A stretch of DNA of 64,000 bases from an uncultured Clostridia bacterium (GTDB taxonomy: Bacteria > Bacillota > Clostridia > TANB77 > CAG-508): assembly GCA_934167755.1 (NCBI GenBank), contig CAKPLT010000009.1, positions 369-64,368 of the forward strand, written 5' to 3'. A program made the position numbers and the translations under genes. Below, piece after piece: positions 1 to 8,694 of the stretch. Under the pieces are notes generated by a model, which had not been told where the DNA came from, searched no databases, and worked only from the letters and a program-made list of their open reading frames with translations. Position 1 is the first letter of the stretch. Each line of letters begins with the position of its first letter.

Positions 1-41
1 TAATTGAAGAAAGTCAAGATAAAAAAGCTTTATCTTGACTT

Positions 42-588
42 CTATTTTTTATATTCAAACCTCTTCATTCTTTCTTCTTCTCTAGTAGATAATTCTTTCA
101 ACCATTCAGCTAATCCATTACTATCATTATTTCTTAAAAATTCAAAATACTTTATTCTATCATCTTTTGCTATAACAACAGGTGGCAAATTATTTTTTAA
201 GAATTCATAATTTACAAGTAATCTACAAGTTCTACCATTTCTATTTTCAAAAGGATGTATTTTTTCAAATTCAATATGATATCTAGCAATTTTAGTAAAT
301 ATATCTTGCTCATCATGATTATAATTATATATATAATACATCATCAAATTCTTCATTATTTTGTAAATTATAAAAAACTAATTCTAATGCCTTTTTATGA
401 TTAATAGCTTCTTATATTTCTCTAGGTTCTTTTCCTTCTATTTTAAAGCTATTGTCGTTATAAAGAATAGCATAAGTTTCAGCATAAGTAAGTGTACTTC
501 CTTCAATAGCATTTGAATGATAAGTACTTCTTGTAATTAAATCTTCTAAATAATCTTTAGTATTTAAAATAAATTCTAAAATGTTCAT
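42..588 (-). pseudogene. Fic/DOC (fido) family protein, disrupted by a nonsense codon and a frameshift
   Basis: ATG at 588 opens MNILEF..NAIEGSTLTYAETYAIL (Fic N-terminal region) but hits an in-frame TAA at 412-414. Track ORF 42..356, in another frame, carries a degenerate Fic motif HPFENRNGRTCR. The frame switch lies in the TA-repeat near 325-336. Confidence 0.65.
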
Positions 589-628
589 TTTATTTCATCC
601 TTTTTATTATAATTTATTATAAAATATA

Positions 629-675
629 ATAAAAAACAAGGATGTATTTGGAAGTTTATCCAATATATCCTTGTT
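629..675 (-). terminator. orphan rho-independent terminator
   Basis: 9-bp stem AACAAGGAT (635-643) / ATCCTTGTT (667-675) followed by a T-run on the minus strand. It lies ~50 nt downstream (minus sense) of the tRNA-Pro 3'-end remnant at 727-739, and no gene now feeds it. Confidence 0.45.
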
Positions 676-726
676 TAATGTCCCTATTTAAGGTTGGACT
701 TCCTTATTATTATATTTTTATAAATA

Positions 727-739
727 TGGTCGAGGCGAC
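727..739. repeat. 13-bp direct repeat TGGTCGAGGCGAC, a copy of the tRNA-Pro 3' end (putative att remnant)
   Basis: Identical to 4642-4654, the last 13 nt (minus sense) of the intact tRNA-Pro gene. Confidence 0.6.
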
Positions 740-842
740 CTTGGTTTATTTCTTTAAATTGTTTATTTTGTAGTGCTTTGGACATTTTGTAATGTAGTTT
801 GAATGCAGTTGTAAAAAAATGTCAAATAATTTATAAAAATCA

Positions 843-871
843 TTGCAAATTTACTTATAACTCTGTATAAT
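843..871 (+). promoter_or_regulatory. sigma-A-type promoter TTGCAA-17-TATAAT overlapped by a palindrome
   Basis: -35 at 843-848 and -10 at 866-871. The inverted repeat CTGTATA-N3-TATACAG (863-879) overlaps the -10. Confidence 0.4.
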
Positions 872-995
872 ATATACAGTTTTTATTTATTATTATTTTT
901 TATTCAAAACGAGGAATTCAGATATGAACAACTTATTTAATTCTCTCTTATAAATCAAATGTACAAAGAAAAAACAGAAAGCGAGGTGATGATTA

Positions 996-1463
996 TTGAT
1001 AGATTTAGGTATTGATAATGAAATTAACCAAAACAACGAAACAAAAGATGAAATAGAAGAATTTATAAAAGAACTTCAAAATTCATTGACAAAAGAGGAG
1101 TTTACAACAACACTTAATATGGAAATTTTAAATGAGATTACTTTAGCAACTAAATATAAAGAGCAGTTAGATGATATTGTTAACAAATATATGGAAGAAT
1201 TATCTTATGAATATGATTTTCTATATTTTGATTATGATAAAAAAGAAGAAAGTTATTATTTTGATCTTTATCTTGATGGGGAAAGAACAAGAGAATATTT
1301 ATCAAAAGATGATGCGAAAGGTATGGAATCTAAAAATGGAACTCTTTGGCGTATTTGGGATGAAGATAGTATTTTTGAATCAGAGGACTTAAAAGATAAC
1401 ATTAAAATTAATGTAGAATGTGAAATCGATATGTTAGATTGGAAATCGAAAAATGGAAAGTAG
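996..1463 (+). CDS. hypothetical acidic protein (candidate nuclease inhibitor/immunity)
   Basis: 155-aa ORF with a TTG start after GAGGTG. It is very Asp/Glu-rich and ends 6 nt before the nuclease start codon. Confidence 0.45.
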   Translation: MIDLGIDNEINQNNETKDEIEEFIKELQNSLTKEEFTTTLNMEILNEITLATKYKEQLDDIVNKYMEELSYEYDFLYFDYDKKEESYYFDLYLDGERTREYLSKDDAKGMESKNGTLWRIWDEDSIFESEDLKDNIKINVECEIDMLDWKSKNGK

Positions 1464-1469
1464 GTAAAT

Positions 1470-2314
1470 ATGGAAGAAAACTATAAAAATAAAGTAAGTG
1501 AATTAGTAGAGAGAAAGGTGCCAAAAATATTAAAGAAAAAAGTATTCCTTTAAATAATGGTAAACCAATATTTGAAAAAAGTGATTTCAATTTAATTGAA
1601 GGAGAGCCTATATATTTTGAACTAGATGAACTTGGAAGAAGTAATGGTGCAATTGCTATTTTAAGTAAATATACTATACCTTTAGTTATAAAAAAGGATT
1701 TAACCTATCCAGATCCATATGGATGGACTAAAAGTTTAGAAAATAAAAAAATATTTGCAAGATGTCATATAATTGCATATAGTTTATCAGCAAAATTAGC
1801 TGATAAGAAGAATATTTTTATTGGTACTAATACTTTAAATACAAGCATAATGGCTAAAATAGAAAAAACAATTTATAAATATATTATGGAAAATGATGTG
1901 AAAGTGCTATATAAGGTAACTATTAAATATAGAGGTATTGACCAAATTCCAACAGGGGTTTTAATAGAGGCTCAATCTTTAAGTGATAATTTTAGCGTTT
2001 GTGAATTTTGCTATAATATACAAAGAAATGTAAAATTTAATTATAAAGATGGAACAATATTTAAAGATAATAGATTTGGTGTAATTGAAAAAATAAAGAG
2101 TAAAGTAAGAAAAAATACGAAACCAAATAAAGCAAAGAAATTAGATAATCCAACTAAAAATTATATTATAAATAGAAAAACAGGTGAGTTTCATTTAAAG
2201 GATAATGAATGTAATCACTTTGAAAATGTAGAGTCTAAATATATAAATGAAACAACATCTACTAAAAAAGATTTGATAAAAGCAGGATTAAAGACTTGTG
2301 AAAAATGTATGTAA
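1470..2314 (+). pseudogene. DNA/RNA non-specific endonuclease (EndA/NucA-like), frame broken at an A6 run
   Basis: ATG 1470 (MEENYKNKVSELVERKVPKILKKK) stops at 1551-1553. The -1 frame, open from 1502, continues SIPLNNGKPIF..LDELGRSNGA..ARCHIIAYSL..PTGVLIEAQSL, which is typical of this nuclease family. A6 run at 1536-1541. The C-terminal tail has a C..CxxC arrangement. Confidence 0.7.
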
Positions 2315-2416
2315 AATTAAACTAAAACACTCCATTGCTACTGACCTTTGGAGGCGATTGGGTTAAAGTCTTATTTTAGAAATGACAAATTATTTGAAAT
2401 GTAGGAGAATAAAAAA

Positions 2417-2611
2417 ATGAAAATAAAATGTTTAAAGTGTAATGATATAATTGAATCTTTAAGTGTACACGATTTTAAATATTGTAAATGTGGTGCATGC
2501 TCAATTGATGGTGGAAATGAATATACTAGAGTTGGAGGAGATTTTAAATTAATTCATTGGGTATACGAAGATGGTTGTGAAGAAGAGTTAATAAAAAATA
2601 ATGCAGATTAA
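2417..2611 (+). CDS. small zinc-ribbon protein, function unknown
   Basis: 64 aa with CLKC..CKCGAC cysteine pairs. RBS GGAG is upstream and a terminator overlaps the stop. Confidence 0.55.
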   Translation: MKIKCLKCNDIIESLSVHDFKYCKCGACSIDGGNEYTRVGGDFKLIHWVYEDGCEEELIKNNAD

Positions 2612-2630
2612 TCAACTGCATTATTTTTTA
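2597..2630 (+). terminator. rho-independent terminator
   Basis: AATAATGCAG / CTGCATTATT stem followed by a T-run. Confidence 0.5.
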
Positions 2631-2646
2631 TTAACTTCACGGGTAC

Positions 2647-2672
2647 ACCACGGGTTTTACCCGTGGTTTGTT
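2647..2672 (+). terminator. second GC-rich hairpin (ACCACGGG/CCCGTGGT) with a weak T-run
   Basis: 8-bp GC-rich stem, loop TTTTA, then TTTGTT. Confidence 0.35.
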
Positions 2673-2811
2673 ATTAAATTTAAATGCTTGATATTACATA
2701 AATGATATGATAAAATTTTTATGGAAATATTAAATATAATTCTGCAAGAAATAAGTAAATTGATATTTTTTGAAAGGGAACAAAAGAATAAAAGGAAAAG
2801 GAGTTAAATAC

Positions 2812-4047
2812 ATGGGATTTTATTGTAAAGAAGACCAGTTACAGTTTGAAAAGAGTTATGTAGAAATATTAAAATTATTTGGAGAAGGAAATAAAAGTAT
2901 AATAACAGCTTTTAATAATAGATTAAAAGAGGTTAATACATATCCAGGTGAATATTCAGATAGCGATGTAAACTCTGTTACACCTGGAAAGACTGGTTAT
3001 GAGAATAATCCTAATAGTAGAATATATATAAAATTAATAGGTTTTGATAGAAGTAGTTGCTCTAAAGCTCAAACCCAACATTACTTTAGCCATGAAACTA
3101 GTCATGCTTTTTCAGTTGCTGCACAGGATGTATTTTCAAATAGACAAATAGCGGGAATTGGTAATTATAATATTCCTTATTTTTATACTACAAGGATTGG
3201 AAATTCCGAGTATCTAGGAATAAGTGGAAGTATTTACAAGAAATTGCAACCTAATGAAATAGAAAATGTAATATATGGAGGGGGATTTTGTGAGGTAATG
3301 ACAGATTTATTTGCGGTAGCATCCAGGGTTGCATCAAGTCCAGATATGAAAAATCAAGGAATAACTGTTGATACAGTCTTAAAAAAACCAAACAAAGAAT
3401 GGAATAAAGAAAGAATAATATCAGGATATTTTGCAAGTATGCCACTTGCAAGGTTAGCGATTGCAGTGTTTTCTAATTATCCTAATCCACAATATCAACA
3501 TATATTGAACACAGGTGGAAGCATTTTTTCAACCATGCGAACTGATACAAATGCAGAAGTGCATATAAATGATTTTATTTATGGAAGTATGTGTGATCCG
3601 TTATATATTGCAGAGGAATATAATAAAATAGCTGGACAACCTGGAGCTTATTTTAAACTTTGTCAGCCAATGGACAAAATAGTAGACGATTATGCTTATA
3701 AAAGACCAGTAGACAATAAGGATATACAGTTTGTTATACAACAATTAAGTAAATTTGCAAAACTTAGAACCATGATAAAAGTTCAAGAAGGTGTATTTAC
3801 ACAGGAATATGCTGATAAAATATATGAAGAATTTGAAAAAGTCAAAAGTGATGTTGAAAGAGAATATGGACTTTCAGATAAGTATCAACAAATAAGTAAT
3901 CAAAATCATCAGATAACTCCTACAGTGATTGCCGAAACAAGTAAAAATGCAATAAATGAAAATCCTGGCATAGTAGCAGAAAAAGTAAATAAATTGCACA
4001 ATATATTTAAGTTACTTAATAGAAATAAAGATGATAAGAGGAGATAA
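2812..4047 (+). CDS. hypothetical protein with an HExxH (HETSH) zinc-metallopeptidase-like motif
   Basis: ATG 2812 lies 8 nt after AGGAG (the track ORF starts at TTG 2770). It contains the HETSHAF motif. No signal peptide was seen. Confidence 0.55.
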   Translation: MGFYCKEDQLQFEKSYVEILKLFGEGNKSIITAFNNRLKEVNTYPGEYSDSDVNSVTPGKTGYENNPNSRIYIKLIGFDRSSCSKAQTQHYFSHETSHAFSVAAQDVFSNRQIAGIGNYNIPYFYTTRIGNSEYLGISGSIYKKLQPNEIENVIYGGGFCEVMTDLFAVASRVASSPDMKNQGITVDTVLKKPNKEWNKERIISGYFASMPLARLAIAVFSNYPNPQYQHILNTGGSIFSTMRTDTNAEVHINDFIYGSMCDPLYIAEEYNKIAGQPGAYFKLCQPMDKIVDDYAYKRPVDNKDIQFVIQQLSKFAKLRTMIKVQEGVFTQEYADKIYEEFEKVKSDVEREYGLSDKYQQISNQNHQITPTVIAETSKNAINENPGIVAEKVNKLHNIFKLLNRNKDDKRR

Positions 4048-4056
4048 TCGTTATAT

Positions 4057-4485
4057 ATGGAAGAAATAAATAAAAGATTGGTAGAAGTAGACTATATATT
4101 GAAAAAGTTAGACAATAAATATATAAATAAAATTCCACAAGAAGTATGGGATTACATTACTGAAAACAAAGATAAAAATTATGTTTTTAAATATGATGAT
4201 GACAAAACACTAGCTGAACAGAATTTAAGTATAGACACTATTTCAATTTTAACATATATAAATATGGAATATTTGCTGGAAGAAGAATCAAAAAGAGAAT
4301 TATTAACACTATTAAAGAATGATGAGATAATTGCTGAACAGAAAAAAAGGAAGAAATATAATACAGATGATTTATTTAAAAATAAAAAAGCAGAGCAAAA
4401 AGAACAAGTTTCTTTGGTAGAAGTAAAAATTGAAAAATGGTATGAGAAATTGTTTTCATTTTTAAAAAATATGTTTAGAAAATAA
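4057..4485 (+). CDS. hypothetical protein, paralog of 29288..29737
   Basis: 142 aa. Shared pattern EV..I..(10)..KIP..(7)..ENK..NY and a similar basic amphipathic C-terminus. Confidence 0.55.
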   Translation: MEEINKRLVEVDYILKKLDNKYINKIPQEVWDYITENKDKNYVFKYDDDKTLAEQNLSIDTISILTYINMEYLLEEESKRELLTLLKNDEIIAEQKKRKKYNTDDLFKNKKAEQKEQVSLVEVKIEKWYEKLFSFLKNMFRK

Positions 4486-4614
4486 TCTGAATGCAGTTTT
4501 TACATTCAAATAGTGAAACCTGAATGCAATAATGAATGCAGTAACAGAAATATAAAGGAATTTTGAAAAAGTTTGAGAAAAGAAAAAAGGCTTAAAATAG
4601 CCTAAAAACAATTT

Positions 4615-4640
4615 AAGGAGCTTTCAAAAAGCTCCTTTTT
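4615..4640 (+). terminator. rho-independent terminator abutting the tRNA-Pro 3' end
   Basis: AAGGAGC / GCTCCTT stem plus TTTTT. Confidence 0.5.
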
Positions 4641-4641
4641 C

Positions 4642-4717
4642 TGGTCGAGGCGACAGGGATCGAACCTGCGACCTCATGGTCCCAAACCACGCGCGCTACC
4701 AACTGCGCTACGCCTCG
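4642..4717 (-). tRNA. tRNA-Pro (anticodon UGG)
   Basis: Hand-folded cloverleaf: acceptor CGAGGCG/CGCCTCG, D stem GCGC/GCGC, anticodon loop TTTGGGA, T loop TTCGATC, encoded CCA. Confidence 0.9.
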
Positions 4718-4821
4718 ATAAAAGTTTTATGTGCCAAATGCTTATATATAATAGCACAAAATAAAAACAAATTCAAGGCTTTTTTGAAAAAAATTCAAAA
4801 ATTTTCAAAATATTTGTTCAA

Positions 4822-5505
4822 TTAATTTCTTCGCTTTCCAAACAAGGATAAAATACGAAGAAAAATATTAATAAAATCTAGATATAATTCCATAGCACCA
4901 TAAACATATAATTTTTCATCTTCGCAAAATCCAGCTTGTTGCATAAGTTTAATTTTATTCATATCATAAATAGTTAAACCAAAAAAGATAAGTAAAATAG
5001 CCCAATCTAAAGCGATATCTAACATAGTGCTTCCAACAAAGATGTTAATAATAGTTAAAATAATTCCAACAAGAAGAGCTATAGATAAAATAGTCCCCCA
5101 ATTTGAGATGTCTTTATCAGTTTTATAACCAATTAAAGATAGTACTCCAAACAAAGCTGAAGTTCCGGCAAAAGCATAAACGATTGAGGTCATTTCATAT
5201 GCAACAAAAATTACTGATAAAGTAAAACCATTTATGAATGCATAGGTAAAAAATAAAATAGTAACAGCTGTTGGTGAAAGTTTTTTAAACAATAAAGAAA
5301 AAATTAAAACAACAGCAATTTCTACAAGACCTAATGCCATATAACTACCACTTGTAAGAACAGATATATATAATCCTGATTTATAAACATAAAATGCAGT
5401 CAAAGCACTAGCGAGTAAACCTAAAAACATTCTAAAAAATGTATTAGTAAGAACTTGGTTTGTATCAACAGTATGAATAGCATTACCATCGCCATATGTC
5501 TCCAT
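4822..5505 (-). CDS. BAX inhibitor-1/YccA family membrane protein
   Basis: 227 aa and polytopic. The C-terminal MELYLDFINIFLRILSLFG is typical of the BI-1 family. Confidence 0.8.
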   Translation of the reverse strand: METYGDGNAIHTVDTNQVLTNTFFRMFLGLLASALTAFYVYKSGLYISVLTSGSYMALGLVEIAVVLIFSLLFKKLSPTAVTILFFTYAFINGFTLSVIFVAYEMTSIVYAFAGTSALFGVLSLIGYKTDKDISNWGTILSIALLVGIILTIINIFVGSTMLDIALDWAILLIFFGLTIYDMNKIKLMQQAGFCEDEKLYVYGAMELYLDFINIFLRILSLFGKRRN

Positions 5506-5646
5506 AATATCACCACCTAACTTAATATATGTAATAATTAGTAAATTATAAATATATTTTAGATAAAAAATGAAAAAAAGTCAAACAAAAAAGAGGTTCT
5601 TTCAGTAGCCTCCTTTGTCAATTTTTCTTATTTGTTCTTACAACAG

Positions 5647-5892
5647 TTAAAAACCACGCTTTTTTATAAAATCAACCACGATACCACAGATAATAAATTC
5701 AACGGCAAATGTAAAACTAGATTGTAATAAACTCAAACCTAAGTGATAGAAAAAAATAATTCCTAAAAATATGTAAGCTAGTAAAACTCCAACTGCTGAT
5801 AAGCACACGAGACCTGAAAATAATAAACCATATTTCATAATTTTATATGTATCTTCACTTAAATTTTTAAATTCTAAAAACATTTTATTCAT
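5647..5892 (-). CDS. small membrane protein, function unknown
   Basis: ATG 5892 lies 5 nt after GGAGG (the track start at 5904 overlaps the RBS). Two hydrophobic helices. Confidence 0.45.
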   Translation of the reverse strand: MNKMFLEFKNLSEDTYKIMKYGLLFSGLVCLSAVGVLLAYIFLGIIFFYHLGLSLLQSSFTFAVEFIICGIVVDFIKKRGF

Positions 5893-6082
5893 AAGAACCT
5901 CCAATCTAAAAACAAAATAAATACAAAAGTTCTAGTAAATAATAAAAAATTAAACTATCTATATAAATATAGTAGCATGATAAGATAAGAAAATCAAAGG
6001 AAATAAATACCAAAAAGTTGTAAAGATAAATAAAATATGATATTATAGCTTAAGAAAAAACAAAAGGAAAAATATACTTGGT

Positions 6083-6144
6083 CTACAATTTCTGACTATT
6101 TGAGATTTCATTGCTTCGCTTAGAAACTCAAATCGGGCGAGAAT
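6083..6144 (+). repeat. B-family intergenic repeat, short/diverged copy
   Basis: CTACAATT..TTTGAGATTTC..GAAACTCAAATCGGGCGAGAA aligns with the copies at 12661 and 60697 and has the same bulged hairpin. Confidence 0.45.
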
Positions 6145-6207
6145 AAATTAAAGAAAAATTGAAAATTTATCTTATTTGTTTTTTAATAAAATGAGAGGAG
6201 AAAATAC

Positions 6208-7569
6208 ATGGCAAAAGCAAAAACAGTATTTGTATGCAGTGAATGTGGAAATGAATCACCAAAATGGTTAGGAAAATGCCCAGCTTGTAATAGTTGGAAT
6301 ACATTTTATGAACAAAAAATTGAAAAATATACAGAAACAAATAAAATAGAAAAAAAGATAAATAATATACCTAAGCCACTAAGTAGTTATGTTGGACAAG
6401 AAGCAAATAGAACTTCAACAGGGTATTTAGAATTAGATAGAGTTTTAGGAGGGGGATTAGTAAAAGGTTCATTAATACTTCTTGGAGGAGAGCCTGGTAT
6501 AGGAAAATCAACATTAATTTTACAATTATGCGAAAAAATACAAGGAGATGGAAAGGTATTATATGTTTCTGGAGAAGAATCAGCCGAACAGATAAAGTTA
6601 AGAGCTGATAGATTAGAAGTAAAAAATGATGAGTTAATGTTTTTGGGAGAAACAGATATAGATGTTGTTAAAGATGCAATATCAGAGATGAAACCGAAAC
6701 TTGTAATTATTGATTCTATCCAAACAATGTATTCTGATGAAATATCAGCTGCTGCGGGTAGTGTAAGCCAAGTAAGAGAGATTACTTCACAAATTATGAG
6801 AATATGTAAGGCTCAACAAATAACTACAATTATTATTGGTCATGTAACTAAAGAGGGAAATATTGCAGGCCCTAGAGTGCTAGAACATATGGTAGATACA
6901 GTTCTTTATTTAGAAGGAGAAAGATATAATACATATAGAATTTTAAGAGCTGTAAAAAATAGATTTGGGTCAACAAATGAAATTGGAATGTTTGAAATGA
7001 GACAAGAAGGTATGTGTGAAGTTACAAATCCTTCTGATATATTAATAACTGAAAGAGAGGACAATCCGTCAGGCTCATGTATTGTAGCAAGCATTGAGGG
7101 AACAAGACCAATACTTGTCGAAATACAAGCATTAACATCTCAAACTGTTTTTGGATTACCAAAAAGAACTGCAAATGGATTTGATTATAATAGATTATCG
7201 GTATTAATGGCTGTTATTGAAAAAAGAGCAGGGCTATCTCTTGGAAATCAAGATGTTTATTTAAACATAGCAGGAGGAATGAAGCTTTCAGAACCAGCGG
7301 TCGATTTAGGGATTATTGCAACAGTAGCATCTGCATATAGAAATATACCAATTCCACAATCAACAGTTGTAATGGGGGAAGTTGGCTTAACAGGAGAAGT
7401 AAGAAGAATTAATTTAATAGAAAAAAGGTTGAAAGAAGCAGAAAAATTGGGATTTAAAACATGTATAATTCCAGAAAATAATAAAAAAGGCTTGAAAGAT
7501 GAATATAAATTAGATATAATAGGGGTCAAGAATATAGGGGAAGCATTAAGGAGATTAGGCACTAAATAA
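6208..7569 (+). CDS. radA: DNA repair protein RadA/Sms
   Basis: Zinc ribbon CSECG..CPAC, Walker A GGEPGIGKST, KNRFG motif and a Lon-like C-terminal domain. Confidence 0.95.
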   Translation: MAKAKTVFVCSECGNESPKWLGKCPACNSWNTFYEQKIEKYTETNKIEKKINNIPKPLSSYVGQEANRTSTGYLELDRVLGGGLVKGSLILLGGEPGIGKSTLILQLCEKIQGDGKVLYVSGEESAEQIKLRADRLEVKNDELMFLGETDIDVVKDAISEMKPKLVIIDSIQTMYSDEISAAAGSVSQVREITSQIMRICKAQQITTIIIGHVTKEGNIAGPRVLEHMVDTVLYLEGERYNTYRILRAVKNRFGSTNEIGMFEMRQEGMCEVTNPSDILITEREDNPSGSCIVASIEGTRPILVEIQALTSQTVFGLPKRTANGFDYNRLSVLMAVIEKRAGLSLGNQDVYLNIAGGMKLSEPAVDLGIIATVASAYRNIPIPQSTVVMGEVGLTGEVRRINLIEKRLKEAEKLGFKTCIIPENNKKGLKDEYKLDIIGVKNIGEALRRLGTK

Positions 7570-7589
7570 GTTTATAGCAACAGAAAGGA

Positions 7590-8675
7590 ATGATACTAAT
7601 AATGACTTCAATTAAAGAAGATCCAATAGCAGAAATTTTGAAAAAAATTGCTCCCGGAACACCTATAAGAGAAGGACTAGACAATATATTAAAAGCAAAA
7701 ACAGGTGCATTACTATTAATAACTGATAAACAAGAAGTTATTGAAGAAATAGTAGATGGTGGCTTTTTTATAAATGAAGATTATACTTCATCAAAATTAT
7801 ATGAATTGGCTAAAATGGACGGAGCAATAGTTCTAAGTGGAGATATGAAAAAGATATTATTTGCAAATGCACAATTAATTCCATCATATCAAATTCCAAC
7901 AGTTGAAACAGGCACAAGACATAGGACAGCAGAAAGAACAGCAAAGCAGACAGGTGAATTAGTAATAAGTATTTCCCAAAGAAGAAACATAATAACTGTA
8001 TTTAAAGAAAATAATAGATATATATTAGAGGATACAGAAGCTGTATTAAATAAAGCAAATCAAGCTATACAAACTCTTGAAAAATACCGAAAAGTATATG
8101 ATAGTAAACTAAGTATTTTGAATGAATATGAATTTAATGACATAGTAACACTTGATAATGTATTAACAGTAATACAAAGAGCAGAAATGGTAATGAAGAT
8201 TGTTGATGAAATTAAGAAGAAAATATATGAACTTGGTGATGATGGCAGATTAGTAAGTATGCAACTAGAAGAATTAATTGGTGGGGTTGAGAAAGAAGAA
8301 CTTCAGCTAATAAAAGACTATCAGGTAAATGATATTGACGCAGAAAAAATATTAGAACAGCTTTCAAGATTAGGGCATGAAGATTTAATAAAAGAACAAG
8401 CAATAGCGAAGATTTTAGGATATGAAAGTTTTGAAAATTTTGAAGACCTTGCTGTATATCCAAAAGGATATAGAATATTAAATAAAGTACCAAGAATGCC
8501 AAATTCAATAGTTGAAAATTTAGTAAAATCATTTAAATCATTTCAACATATTTTGGTTGCAGAAATAAGTGATTTAGATAAAGTAGATGGAATTGGAGAA
8601 GTAAGAGCCAAAACAATCAAACAAACATTAAAGAAAATGCAAGAACAATTTGCATTTGATAATATATTAATATAA
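7590..8675 (+). CDS. disA: DNA integrity scanning protein DisA (diadenylate cyclase)
   Basis: DAC motifs DGAIVL and RHRTAER, plus a C-terminal HhH (GIGEVRAKTI). The start may be the ATG at 7602. Confidence 0.9.
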   Translation: MILIMTSIKEDPIAEILKKIAPGTPIREGLDNILKAKTGALLLITDKQEVIEEIVDGGFFINEDYTSSKLYELAKMDGAIVLSGDMKKILFANAQLIPSYQIPTVETGTRHRTAERTAKQTGELVISISQRRNIITVFKENNRYILEDTEAVLNKANQAIQTLEKYRKVYDSKLSILNEYEFNDIVTLDNVLTVIQRAEMVMKIVDEIKKKIYELGDDGRLVSMQLEELIGGVEKEELQLIKDYQVNDIDAEKILEQLSRLGHEDLIKEQAIAKILGYESFENFEDLAVYPKGYRILNKVPRMPNSIVENLVKSFKSFQHILVAEISDLDKVDGIGEVRAKTIKQTLKKMQEQFAFDNILI

Positions 8676-8694
8676 AAAAGAAAGGAAGAAAAAA

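Larger units (their letters stand above)
740..4641. mobile_element. putative integrase-less genomic islet inserted in the 3' end of tRNA-Pro
   Basis: Bounded by the 13-bp direct repeat. An orphan terminator sits beyond the left repeat. Cargo is five orphan or accessory ORFs. No recombinase gene was seen. Confidence 0.45.

Noticed and set aside
2636-2672. GC-rich CACGGG/CCCGTGG hairpin considered as a riboswitch or other regulatory element.
   Set aside because: It is too short. It sits right after another terminator and before the next gene's promoter region, so the simplest reading is a second terminator or insulator hairpin.
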